A stretch of DNA of 64,000 nt from Deltaproteobacteria bacterium (GCA_046342295.1 JBKDQC010000599.1:531-64530), one strand, 5' to 3'; positions 54,536-63,709 are shown, counted from the stretch's first letter. Notes: a model not told the origin generated them from the letters alone. Numbers and translations are program-made.

Positions 54536-55189
54536 TCACCCGAAGAACGAGAGCGCCCACTCGAACGCGACGGCGATCACGAGGATCGGGGGCACGAGAC
54601 CGATGGCGGACCCGGCGACGTAGTCGCGCAGCCGCACGCGGGTCATCGCGAGCCCGTAGTTCACGGCGGGCAGGAGAAACAACACCATGCGGAGCGCCGC
54701 GATCGTGGGGATCGGGTGCCGCTCGAGGCGCTCGAGGATCTTCGCGAGCCAAGCGCGCTTGACATGCGCCAGGGCTTGGCCGCCCACCCGTCGGACGAAG
54801 ACGAACGAGAAGGTCACGGACGCGAGCGCGCCGAGGTAGCCGGCGACGGCACCTCCCACGCGTCCGTACGCCAGGAGGGCCGCGAGCACGAAGACGATGC
54901 CCGGGACGTGCACGAGCTCGCCGACGGCGAAGAGCACGAGGAAGAGACCGAGGCCCCACACGCCGAGATGCTCCATCAGCGCGCGAAGGTTGTCGCGGCT
55001 CAGGTGCTCGGTCAGACCCGTGACGTGACCGATCGCGAAGAGCGTGGCGAGGAGGGCCACGAGCCCGGCGAGGCGCGGCCAGGACGGCCTGGTCTCCGGC
55101 AGCGGCCCGGTCTCGACGCGGATGAGCGTTTCGGTCGCGGCCCCGTCCGAGGCGCTCGAATCGCTGCGGTTGGGAGGCGCCGTGTCCAT
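54536..55189 (-). CDS. TVP38/TMEM64 (DedA-related) family membrane protein
   Basis: Polytopic membrane protein with GELVHVPGIVFVLAALLAYG and FVFVRRVGG. Confidence 0.82.
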   Translation of the reverse strand: MDTAPPNRSDSSASDGAATETLIRVETGPLPETRPSWPRLAGLVALLATLFAIGHVTGLTEHLSRDNLRALMEHLGVWGLGLFLVLFAVGELVHVPGIVFVLAALLAYGRVGGAVAGYLGALASVTFSFVFVRRVGGQALAHVKRAWLAKILERLERHPIPTIAALRMVLFLLPAVNYGLAMTRVRLRDYVAGSAIGLVPPILVIAVAFEWALSFFG

Positions 55190-55227
55190 GCCAGAGGAAG
55201 ACTTGTCACTCGCGCGGCGGCGCGCCC

Positions 55228-55297
55228 GTGAAGAAAGCGCGGTGAAAAAATCGCGGTGAAAAAATCGTGGTGAAAAAATCGTGGTGAAGAAATCGCG
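55228..55297. repeat. 5 tandem copies of a 14-bp A-tract unit GTGAA(A/G)AAA(T/G)CG(C/T)G
   Basis: gtgaagaaagcgcg gtgaaaaaatcgcg gtgaaaaaatcgtg gtgaaaaaatcgtg gtgaagaaatcgcg. Confidence 0.9.
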
Positions 55298-55307
55298 GGC
55301 GCGTCGG

Positions 55308-56480
55308 TCAGCGGCGCGCGACGGCGGCCGCGGCGCCGGGGGTCTCGGTGCGCGCTCTCTCGCGCGCGGTTGGAATCGGAAACGGCGCGAGCGCGCGCGC
55401 GGGGCCCTGCATCGCGCGCTGCACCATGCCGAACATCGAGCCCGGGTTCCAGAACAGGAAGCCGTCGGCGCCGCCCGTGCGAGCGCCCCGGATCTGATCG
55501 GCGATGAAGCGCGGCTCCCACTCCTGCTCCGAGAGGCCGTTGTCGAAGCCCTGGAGGAAGGGCCGGATGACGGGCCGGGGGCCGATGCGCTCGCGAAGGC
55601 GCGAGACCCCGACGTGCACGAGCGCGCGAGCGCGGTCCGGCCGGTCCCGCTCCCAGTCGAGCATCGCGTTCAGGTAGAGCATCGGCGAGAAGACGTCGAT
55701 GTGGTCGGCCCAGAGCGCGAGATCCTGCCCGAGCCCCGAGCGGTCACCCTCCCAGAACGCCTGGATCCCGAACACGTCCGCCCCGAGCGGGACCGAGATC
55801 GTCGCGTCGATGCGCGCGAGCAACGCGTGCAGGTGCTGCGCGCGCGTCACGTCGGTGCGCTCGCCCGGGTAGGCCGCGAGATGCACGCCATCGTCGACGG
55901 GAAAACGGATGTAGTCGAGCTGGATCTCGTCGACGCCGAAGGCCTCGACCTCGTCGACCAGGCGCACGATCATGTCGAGGTTGCGGCGATCCCACGGGTT
56001 GAGCCATGCGCCGCCCGTGCCCCAGCTGATCCAGGGCTGCCCCTGGCGCCGGGGTCGGTTGTCCTGGATCGCGCGGTCCGGCTCGCGCACCGCGAGCTGG
56101 CGATCGCTGAAGCACACGACACGCCCGATCACGTGGATGTTCGCGTCGTGGAGGGCTTGCACGAGCGCCCGCGGATCTTCGATGTGGCGCGACTCCGAAC
56201 CGGCGAGCTCGGGGATGGCGGAGTCGAAGAGCACGCGACCCATGCCGTCCTTGAAATCCACGACGGCCGTATCCATCCGCGCGCGGCGGAGCATGGCGAC
56301 GATGCCCTCGACTCCGTGCAGCCGCACGAAGGGTCCCGAGATGTAGAGGCCCGTCGCGCGCTGCACACGCTGCGAGAGGTGGTCGTTGTGCGCCGCCTGC
56401 GTGAAGGCGGGCGCGGGCCTCACGGCCGAGAGCGCGACGACGAAGGCGAACAGAGCTGCGACGAATGACCACCCACGCAT
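55308..56480 (-). CDS. putative glycoside hydrolase (DUF4015/GHL-type TIM barrel)
   Basis: Signal peptide, then AVVDFKDGMGRVLF, GRVVCFSD, WLNPWD and GVDEIQLDYIRFP. Confidence 0.75.
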   Translation of the reverse strand: MRGWSFVAALFAFVVALSAVRPAPAFTQAAHNDHLSQRVQRATGLYISGPFVRLHGVEGIVAMLRRARMDTAVVDFKDGMGRVLFDSAIPELAGSESRHIEDPRALVQALHDANIHVIGRVVCFSDRQLAVREPDRAIQDNRPRRQGQPWISWGTGGAWLNPWDRRNLDMIVRLVDEVEAFGVDEIQLDYIRFPVDDGVHLAAYPGERTDVTRAQHLHALLARIDATISVPLGADVFGIQAFWEGDRSGLGQDLALWADHIDVFSPMLYLNAMLDWERDRPDRARALVHVGVSRLRERIGPRPVIRPFLQGFDNGLSEQEWEPRFIADQIRGARTGGADGFLFWNPGSMFGMVQRAMQGPARALAPFPIPTARERARTETPGAAAAVARR

Positions 56481-56586
56481 GGAGGAAGGTTCGCAAGATT
56501 GGCCGCTGGCGCGCAAACAAAGAGCCCGTTCGGGAGCGTATGCCCGATTCTTGCTCCGCGCGGGCCAGACCGGAGAACCTCGGCCC

Positions 56587-57357
56587 GTGACCCGCGGCTC
56601 GCTCGCGCTCGCGCTCCTCGTCCTGGGCCTCTCGGTGGCCGAGGCCCAGTCGCGCCCTGCCGCCGGGGCGACCGAGGCGCGCAGCTACCGCGTCCTCTTC
56701 GTCGGCAACAGCTACACCCGCTTCCACTCGATGCCGCTGATGGTGCGCGCGGCGCTCCGGTCGCTGCCGCATCGACCGAGCGTCCAGGTCGAGACGGTCG
56801 CGCACCCGGGCTGGACCCTCGAGCGTCACCTGGCGAGCGGCCGTCCGCAGCAGCGCATCGCCCGCGGCCGCTTCACGCATGTCGTGCTCCAGGACCACAG
56901 CCTCTCGGCCGTGAGCGATTCGGCGAGCCTGCGCGAGGCCGTCCGCGCGCTCCACGCCGCGAGCCGCGAGGCAGGCGCACGGACCGTGCTCTACGAGACG
57001 TGGGCGCGGCGCGAGGGCGCCGCGCAGTACGAGCGCCAAGACCCCGCGACACCGGACGAGATGCTCGCACGAATCGGCGCCGCGTACGGGGCGCTCGGGC
57101 GCGAGACCGGCGCCCCGGTCGCTCCCGCCGGACGTGCGTTCGCGATCGCGCGGGCCGAGCACCCCGAGATCGAGCTGTACCGCGCCGACGGCTCTCACCC
57201 GAGCGAGGCGGGAAGCTATCTCGTCGCGGTCACGCTCACGGGCGTGGTCTCGGGCCGCGATCCGGCGGCCCTGCGCTACGTGGTGCCCGGCGTACCGCGC
57301 CAGGAGGCCGCGACGCTGCGGGCCATCGCGGCCCGGGCGATCGCGGCAGGACCATGA
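56587..57357 (+). CDS. SGNH/GDSL-like hydrolase (DUF4886-like)
   Basis: The GTG start gives the signal peptide VTRGSLALALLVLGLSVAEA, then RVLFVGNSYT...DGSHPS. The alternative ATG at 56479 overlaps the divergent gene. Confidence 0.62.
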   Translation: MTRGSLALALLVLGLSVAEAQSRPAAGATEARSYRVLFVGNSYTRFHSMPLMVRAALRSLPHRPSVQVETVAHPGWTLERHLASGRPQQRIARGRFTHVVLQDHSLSAVSDSASLREAVRALHAASREAGARTVLYETWARREGAAQYERQDPATPDEMLARIGAAYGALGRETGAPVAPAGRAFAIARAEHPEIELYRADGSHPSEAGSYLVAVTLTGVVSGRDPAALRYVVPGVPRQEAATLRAIAARAIAAGP

Positions 57358-57406
57358 CGAGGTCCGGTGCTCTGTCGTCGGCTGTGGGCTCAGCGGCGCG
57401 CGCGCC

Positions 57407-57568
57407 TCAGAGCATGAGTCACTTGGATTGACTCATGCTCTGACGTTTCTTTCCGGAGGGTCTGGCCGCAGCCCCTCCCTCTCGCCGAGTGAATCGGCGA
57501 GAGCCTCCCTCCCGCCGATGCGAGCCCGTGGCACCCGCATCGATCCATCCGAGTGCCACGGGCTCTCA
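57407..57568 (-). repeat. multi-hairpin repeat element, full copy B (with an extra roughly 30-bp hairpin insertion), ending on the stop codon of the adjacent gene
   Basis: Hairpins at 57408..57442, 57455..57478 and 57479..57503. The terminal tca at 57566..57568 is the stop codon of the ORF 57566..58390. Confidence 0.85.
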
Positions 57569-58390
57569 GAAGCTCCCCGAGATGCCGCCGACCCGGAGCG
57601 AGAGGCGCACACCCGTGCGCGACTCGTAGCGCGCGGGCCTCGCCTCGACCTCGCCAGCCTCGAGGCCGCTGACGAGCTGGAGGACGCCGACGAGGATCTC
57701 CACCGCGCCGAGCGCCCCGAGCGTGATCTGCGTGAGCTCCGCGTCGCTCACGGCCAAGCCCACGATGCCGGTGAAGAGCCCCGTGGCGAGGCCCGAGAGG
57801 CCTTGCGCGACGGAGAAGAGTCGCGCGTCACGCGCGCGGTCGGCGTCCGCCACCACGAAGCCCTCGAAGCGCGCCACGTCCTCGAGGCCAGGCCGACCCG
57901 CCGCGCGGAGCGCGCTCCACTGGTCGTGGCGGCGCTCCTCGGTCGAGCGCGAGACCGAGCTCAGGATGCCCGTCGCGAGCGAGAGCGCGCCGAGCTGGGC
58001 GGGGAGAATCGCGAGGATGGGCAGGAGCCCGGAGCCGTCGTCGAGCGCGAAGAACACGGGCGTCGCGCCGATCCCGAGCACACCGATCACGCAGCCGAGC
58101 ACGGCGGAGATGCTGCGCGACCGCGCGGCCGCGTCCGCATCGGCAGCGAGCATCGCGTCGAGCTCGCTCACCCGCAGCTCGAGGCCGAAGGGGTCCGACA
58201 GGGCCCGCAGGGCCGAGACCGGCGCGAGGTTCTCCTCCATGATTGGCGCGCCCTCGTCCTCGATCTCGGTGCGCGCCCTCGGAGCCTCGGGGATGGGCGG
58301 ATCCGAGCCCGCCGGCTCGTCCGCCGCCACGCCGAATACCGACGCCTGGGTGGCGAGCAGGGCGAACGCCAAGAGCGCGAGGGAGCGCAT
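57566..58390 (-). CDS. hypothetical secreted/membrane protein
   Basis: Signal peptide MRSLALLAFALLATQASVFG plus several hydrophobic segments. It starts 7 nt after the stop of the upstream gene. Confidence 0.62.
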   Translation of the reverse strand: MRSLALLAFALLATQASVFGVAADEPAGSDPPIPEAPRARTEIEDEGAPIMEENLAPVSALRALSDPFGLELRVSELDAMLAADADAAARSRSISAVLGCVIGVLGIGATPVFFALDDGSGLLPILAILPAQLGALSLATGILSSVSRSTEERRHDQWSALRAAGRPGLEDVARFEGFVVADADRARDARLFSVAQGLSGLATGLFTGIVGLAVSDAELTQITLGALGAVEILVGVLQLVSGLEAGEVEARPARYESRTGVRLSLRVGGISGSF

Positions 58391-58397
58391 CGGTCGC

Positions 58398-59483
58398 TCA
58401 GTCCCCGAGCAGGTACGCGAACACGAGCGGAGCGACGATGGTCGCGTCGCTCTGGATCATGAACTTCGGAGTGTGCACGTCGAGCTTGCCCCAGGTGATC
58501 TTCTCGTTGGGGACCGCGCCCGAGTAGCCGCCGTAGCTCGTCACCGCGTCGCTGATCTGCGCGAAGTAGCCCCAGAAGGGCACATCCTCCATCTGGAGAT
58601 CCTGGATCATCGTGGGCACGGCGCAGATCGCGAAATCCCCGGCGATGCCGCCGCCGATCTGGAAGAAGCCGACGCTCGGTGCCGAGAGCTCGAGGTTGCC
58701 GCCGCGCTCCTTCTTGGTCTTGCCGGACGCGCCCTTCTTGGCCGCCTTCTCGGCCTTCTTGCGGGCCTTGGCCTCCGCGGCCCCCTTGGCGGCGTTGTAG
58801 CCGCTCGCGTCGAGGTACCACCGCATGAGGTGGTCCATCTGCTCGGTGCCGCTCTTGACGACCTGGTGGTGCGCCACCTCGCCACGCCACACGGCGCCGG
58901 CGAACATGTTGCCGGTCGTCGAGTCCTCCCAGCCGGGAGAGTAGACGGGGATGCCCATCTCCTTGGCCGCGAACATCCAGCTGTCCTCCTTGGGGATCTG
59001 GAAGTGTTTCTCGAGCGACTTGTCCGAGAGGACCTCGAAGAGGAACTCGCTCTCGAACTTCCGCTCGCCCTTGTCGGCCGCCTTGCTCCACGCCTTGATC
59101 AGGCGCTTCTCGAGGTGGCGCATGATCGTCTCGGGGATGCACGTGTCGGTGACGCGGTTGTAGCCCTGGTCGTAGAGCGTCTTCTCGTCCTCGGCGCGCA
59201 GGCCGCGGTAGTCCTCGATGATGCGGTAGTCGTTGGCCGCGAGGAGGTTGAACACGTCCTCCTCGAGGTTCGCGCCGGTGCAACAGATCGCGTGGACGTA
59301 GCCCTTGCGGATGAGCCGCCCGAGGATGCGGCCGATGCGCGCGGTGCTCATCGCGCCCGCGAGCGTGACCATCATCTTGCCGCCCGACTCGATGTGCTTC
59401 TCGTATGCCTTCGCGGCCGCGACCACCTCGCGGCTGTTGAAGTGCAGGTAGTGGCGCTCCATGAACTTGCGGACGGTCGTCAT
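58398..59483 (-). CDS. deoxyhypusine synthase-like (homospermidine synthase-like) protein
   Basis: TLAGAMSTA, CTGANLEEDVF, GGGIAGDF, and the catalytic-lysine context EKITWGKLD. A GAGGAG Shine-Dalgarno sequence precedes the ATG at 59483. Confidence 0.88.
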   Translation of the reverse strand: MTTVRKFMERHYLHFNSREVVAAAKAYEKHIESGGKMMVTLAGAMSTARIGRILGRLIRKGYVHAICCTGANLEEDVFNLLAANDYRIIEDYRGLRAEDEKTLYDQGYNRVTDTCIPETIMRHLEKRLIKAWSKAADKGERKFESEFLFEVLSDKSLEKHFQIPKEDSWMFAAKEMGIPVYSPGWEDSTTGNMFAGAVWRGEVAHHQVVKSGTEQMDHLMRWYLDASGYNAAKGAAEAKARKKAEKAAKKGASGKTKKERGGNLELSAPSVGFFQIGGGIAGDFAICAVPTMIQDLQMEDVPFWGYFAQISDAVTSYGGYSGAVPNEKITWGKLDVHTPKFMIQSDATIVAPLVFAYLLGD

Positions 59484-59600
59484 CTCGATCTCCTCGCTGC
59501 GAGAACCGCGCCGGCGCGCGGGGCGCGCGACCATAGCTCGAAACAGTCCTCCTCGAAGAGCCGACGGGATGGCTCGCCCACGCAAGACCCCGCGGCACGT

Positions 59601-59670
59601 GCCCGAGCGCTTCGGCCCGAGCGCGTCGGCCCGAGCGCTTCGGCCCGAGCGCTTCGGCCCGAGCGCCGTC
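59601..59670. repeat. 5 tandem copies of a 14-bp GC-rich unit GCCCGAGCGCTTCG, with an AGCGCT palindrome in three of the units
   Basis: gcccgagcgcttcg gcccgagcgcgtcg gcccgagcgcttcg gcccgagcgcttcg gcccgagcgccgtc. Confidence 0.9.
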
Positions 59671-59779
59671 ACACGCAGCGCGCCTCACCGGGCACGCCGC
59701 GCCCGCTGCTCTCTCCGGGGCACTGCAGCAGACACGTCGACCCGTCGCCGCAGTCGACGCCGCACCCCGTGACCTCGCA

Positions 59780-60232
59780 CTAGACACGGCACGTCGAGCC
59801 CATGCACCTCACGGTGCTCGATTCGCCGCGGACGACGACGTCGCAGACGGCACCCCCACGGCAGCTCACGCTGGCCGAGCGCCCGACGGTGAAGTCGCAC
59901 GTCGAGCCGACGCACTCGGGGCTGGCGCTGTCTCCCATGACCACCTCGCAGCTCGCCCCGTCGGTGCAATTCGCGTCGCACGAGCTCGCACAGGTGGCCG
60001 CGCACGAGGCGGCTGCGCAGTCGAGGTTGCAGCTCGAGCCGTCCCCGTTGCAGCTCGAGACGGTCGTCCAGCCACAGCCCATCGCGCTCGTACCGCCCGC
60101 ACACGCGCACCCCGCGCTGGCGCAGCTGCACTGCGAGGCCATGCACGGAACTGGCCCGGGCCCTGGAGAGCCACAAGCGGTGAGGAAGAGAAGCGGAGCG
60201 AGGAAGGGAGCGACGCGCACGAGGGCTTGCAT
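59780..60232 (-). CDS. cysteine-rich lipoprotein, hypothetical
   Basis: Lipobox LFLTAC. By my count, about 21 Cys in 150 aa, in S/A/G-C repeats. Confidence 0.68.
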   Translation of the reverse strand: MQALVRVAPFLAPLLFLTACGSPGPGPVPCMASQCSCASAGCACAGGTSAMGCGWTTVSSCNGDGSSCNLDCAAASCAATCASSCDANCTDGASCEVVMGDSASPECVGSTCDFTVGRSASVSCRGGAVCDVVVRGESSTVRCMGSTCRV

Positions 60233-60320
60233 GACTCCATCCTCGCACGACCGCAGCGGCGCAATCGACGTCGCTTCGGGACGCACGATGCCGCGCCGGA
60301 GGATCTGCTATCCCCACGCG

Positions 60321-61667
60321 ATGCGCGCCAGAGCACGGTTCTCTTGCTTCTCCGGTTGTGACGAGCACTACGGGCTCGACGAGATCGTCTACCGCTGCCG
60401 CCGCTGTGGCGGGCTCCTCGACGTCGAGCACGACCTCTCGGCGCTCCGCGAGCGATCGGGCGCGGCGTGGATGCAGCTCTTCGATCGCCGCTGGATGCGC
60501 ACCGAGTGGCCCTTCGGCTCGGGCGTGTGGGGCAAGCTCGAGTGGGTCTATCCGGACATCGACCCCTCGAGCATCGTGAGCTTCGCCGAGGGCGGCTCGA
60601 ACCTGCTCTGGGCCGAGCGGTATGGTCGGTCACTCGGGCTCTCGGACGTCTGGATCAAGCAGTGCGGCAACAGCCACACGGGCTCCTTCAAGGATCTCGG
60701 GATGACGGTGCTCGTCTCGGCCGTGCGCGAGATGAACCGGCGCAGCCAGCTCGCGGGCCAAGGAGCGCGCGTGCGCGCCATCGCGTGCGCCTCGACCGGA
60801 GACACCTCGGCGGCGCTCGCGGCCTACTGCGCGGCCGCGGAGATCCCGGCGCTCGTGCTCTTGCCCAAGGACAAGGTCTCCGTCGCTCAGTTGCTCCAGC
60901 CCCTCGCGAACGGCGCGACCGTGCTCTCGCTCGACACCGACTTCGACGGCTGCATGAAGGTCGTGCAGGAGCTCACCTCCGATGGCTCGATCTACCTCGC
61001 CAACTCGATGAATTCGCTCCGCCTCGAGGGGCAGAAGACGATCGCGGCCGAGCTCGTGCAGCAGTTCGACTGGGCCGTGCCGGACTGGGTGGTCATCCCC
61101 GGCGGCAACCTCGGGAACGTCTACGCGCTCGGCAAGGGCTTCCTCCTCATGAAGGAGCTCGGCGTCATCTCGCGCCTGCCTCGGATCTGCGTCGCGCAGG
61201 CCGCGCGCGCGAACCCGCTGTACCTCGCGTACCAGCGAGGCTTCGAGCGCTACGAGCCCGTGAAAGCGCAAAAGACGGCCGCGAGCGCCATCCAGATCGG
61301 CGACCCGGTGAGCATCGAGCGCGCGATCCGCGTCCTCGGGCAATTCGACGGTGTCGTCGAGCAAGCTTCGGAGGACGAGCTCGCCGACGCGGTCGCGCGC
61401 GCCGACCGCACCGGGATGTACAACTGTCCGCACACCGGGGTCGCACTCGCGGCGCTCGAGAAGCTCGCGGCCGCCAAGACGATCGCGCCCGACGAGCGCG
61501 TCGTGGTGATCAGCACGGCGCACGGCCTCAAGTTCACCGAATTCAAGCGCAACTACCACCAGGGTGAGCTCGAGGGCGCGACCGCGCGCCACGCGAACCG
61601 ACCGATCGAGCTGCCGCCCGACGTCGATCGCGTCCGGGCGGTGCTCGAAGCCCGCCTCACGGCCTGA
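60321..61667 (+). CDS. thrC: threonine synthase
   Basis: N-terminal Cys4 element (C..C...YRCRRCGG), PLP-lysine context [19 protein letters not shown], and GGNLGN. Confidence 0.92.
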   Translation: MRARARFSCFSGCDEHYGLDEIVYRCRRCGGLLDVEHDLSALRERSGAAWMQLFDRRWMRTEWPFGSGVWGKLEWVYPDIDPSSIVSFAEGGSNLLWAERYGRSLGLSDVWIKQCGNSHTGSFKDLGMTVLVSAVREMNRRSQLAGQGARVRAIACASTGDTSAALAAYCAAAEIPALVLLPKDKVSVAQLLQPLANGATVLSLDTDFDGCMKVVQELTSDGSIYLANSMNSLRLEGQKTIAAELVQQFDWAVPDWVVIPGGNLGNVYALGKGFLLMKELGVISRLPRICVAQAARANPLYLAYQRGFERYEPVKAQKTAASAIQIGDPVSIERAIRVLGQFDGVVEQASEDELADAVARADRTGMYNCPHTGVALAALEKLAAAKTIAPDERVVVISTAHGLKFTEFKRNYHQGELEGATARHANRPIELPPDVDRVRAVLEARLTA

Positions 61668-61712
61668 CCCGACAGCTCTGCGCAGCCCGCGTGTCCGTGG
61701 TAGGAGCCCGCG

Positions 61713-62183
61713 ATGTCGCTCACGCCGCGCTCGTGTCGCGCGTCTCTCACCGAGATGACCGAGCTCGTGCTGCCACAGCACTCGAACGTGCTCGGCAGCG
61801 CCTTCGGCGGCACGGTCCTGGCGTGGATCGACATCGCGGGCGCGATCTGCGCGCAGCGCCATTCGGGGCGTGTCTCGGTCACCGCCTCGATCGACGAGGT
61901 GAGCTTCGTCGCGCCAATCCGCATCGGGGACGTGGTGATCCTCAGCGCGCGCGTGAACGCGGCCTTCCGCACCTCGGTCGAGGTGACCGTGACGGTGCAA
62001 GTCGAAGATCGCGTCACGGCGAACCGACGCGCGTGCGTCGAGGCCTTCATGACCTTCGTCGCGGTCGACGACGCGGGCAAGCCGACGGAGGTACCCCCGC
62101 TCCTCGCCGAGACCGCCGACGACGAGCGCCGCGCGCGCGAGGCGCACGAGCGCCGCGCGGCGCGCCTCGCCAGGCGCTCCTGA
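61713..62183 (+). CDS. acyl-CoA thioesterase (hotdog fold, YciA/BFIT-like)
   Basis: PQHSNVLGSAFGGTVLAWIDIAGAICA...SIDEVSFVAPIRIGD. Confidence 0.85.
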   Translation: MSLTPRSCRASLTEMTELVLPQHSNVLGSAFGGTVLAWIDIAGAICAQRHSGRVSVTASIDEVSFVAPIRIGDVVILSARVNAAFRTSVEVTVTVQVEDRVTANRRACVEAFMTFVAVDDAGKPTEVPPLLAETADDERRAREAHERRAARLARRS

Positions 62184-62300
62184 CGCGCGAGGCGCGCGTC
62201 GACGTGGCGCCTTCTGCGAGTCGTTTGGCGTGAATTGCGAGCGCACCGAGCCCTCCTGCGGGGGAGCTTCGAACGCCCACTCTCACCGCAGGAGCTGAAC

Positions 62301-63695
62301 ATGAATCGACCCGACGTGCCCGCGATCGTGGCGGCACAGCGAGCCTACTTTCTCAGCGGCAAGACACGTCCCGTGGAGGCGCGCGCGCAGGCGCTCACGC
62401 GCTTGCGCGCCGCGCTCGTGCGGCACGAAGCGGACATGATCGCGGCCGCCAAGGAGGACATGGGTCGCGCCGATGTCGAGACCTACTTCATGGAGATCGC
62501 GATGAACCTCGAGGAGCTGGACTTCGCGTCCAAGCACCTCGCGCAGTGGACGCGGACCGAGACCGTGAAGACGCCGACGCTGTTCTTCATGGCTGACAGC
62601 GAGATCCATGCGGAGCCCTACGGCGTGACCTTGATCGTGTCGGCCTGGAACTATCCGTTTCTCCAGCTCTTCAGCCCGCTCGTCGGGGCTCTCGCCGCCG
62701 GAAACACCGCGATCCTCAAGCCCGCGAGCGACAGCCCGCACAGCGCGGCGCTGGCACGCAAGATCATCGAGGAGACCTTCCCGCCCGAGCACGTGGTCGT
62801 GCTCGAGGGCACCAGCGAGACGACGACGCGGCTGCTCGAAGAGAAGCTCGACTACATCTTCTTCACGGGGAGCCCGCGCGTCGGGCGGATCGTGCAAGCG
62901 GCCGCCGCGCAGCACCTGACCCCCGTCACGCTCGAGCTCGGCGGCAAGAGCCCCGCGATCGTCGACGACAGCGCCGACATCGAGCAGGCCGCCAAACGCA
63001 TCATGTGGTGCAAGCTGTTCAACGCGGGGCAGATCTGCGTGACCGTCGATCACTGCTACGTGCACACGCGCGTCAAGGATGCGTTCGTCGACGCCTGCAA
63101 GAAGTGGATCGTCGAATTCTACGGCGAGGATCCTTCGCGCAGCCCCGACTACGGCTTCCTGATCAACGAACGGAACTTCGACCGAGTGGTCGGCTACCTG
63201 AAGAGCGGTCGGATCCTCCACGGCGGCAAGCACGATCGGGCGCGCCGCTACCTCGAGCCGACGCTGCTCGACGAGGTCGGCGAGGACGCCCCCGTGATGC
63301 AGGAAGAGCTGTTCGGGCCCATCCTCCCGATCCTGACGTTCGATTCCCTCGACGACCTCATCCAACGACAGCAACGCAAGGACAAGCCCCTCGCGCTCTA
63401 CTTCTTCAGCCGCCGTACGGAGGACCAGGACAAGGTCGTGAAGCTGACCTCCAGCGGAGGCGTGACCATCAACGACTGCATGGGCCACGGCGGCTCGTCG
63501 TACCTCCCCTTCGGCGGCGTCGGGAACAGCGGCATGGGCGCCTACCACGGCAAGCGCACGTTCGACACGTTCACCCACTTCAAGAGCGTGATGAGGGCGC
63601 CGACCTTGAAGTTGCTCGATCTCGCGATCAAGTATCCTCCGTACGCAGGTAAGCTCGCGACGGTGAAGAGGCTCGAGCGCTACCACCTGATCTGA
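62301..63695 (+). CDS. aldehyde dehydrogenase (class 3-like)
   Basis: AGGAG Shine-Dalgarno sequence, then WNYPF, LELGGKSP, FNAGQICV and EELFGPILPI. Confidence 0.92.
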   Translation: MNRPDVPAIVAAQRAYFLSGKTRPVEARAQALTRLRAALVRHEADMIAAAKEDMGRADVETYFMEIAMNLEELDFASKHLAQWTRTETVKTPTLFFMADSEIHAEPYGVTLIVSAWNYPFLQLFSPLVGALAAGNTAILKPASDSPHSAALARKIIEETFPPEHVVVLEGTSETTTRLLEEKLDYIFFTGSPRVGRIVQAAAAQHLTPVTLELGGKSPAIVDDSADIEQAAKRIMWCKLFNAGQICVTVDHCYVHTRVKDAFVDACKKWIVEFYGEDPSRSPDYGFLINERNFDRVVGYLKSGRILHGGKHDRARRYLEPTLLDEVGEDAPVMQEELFGPILPILTFDSLDDLIQRQQRKDKPLALYFFSRRTEDQDKVVKLTSSGGVTINDCMGHGGSSYLPFGGVGNSGMGAYHGKRTFDTFTHFKSVMRAPTLKLLDLAIKYPPYAGKLATVKRLERYHLI

Positions 63696-63709
63696 TCGTC
63701 GAAGGTGAC

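Noticed and set aside
55228-55297. The tandem arrays at 55228..55297 and 59601..59670, considered as CRISPR-like arrays.
   Set aside because: The units are only 14 bp and directly abutting, with no unique spacers. No cas genes or leader are present.
59484-59672. The N-terminal extension of the DHS-like ORF to the ATG at 59672.
   Set aside because: The extension is a translation of the 14-bp tandem repeats (ALGPKRSG...). The internal ATG at 59483 has a strong GAGGAG Shine-Dalgarno sequence and begins the conserved family N-terminus.
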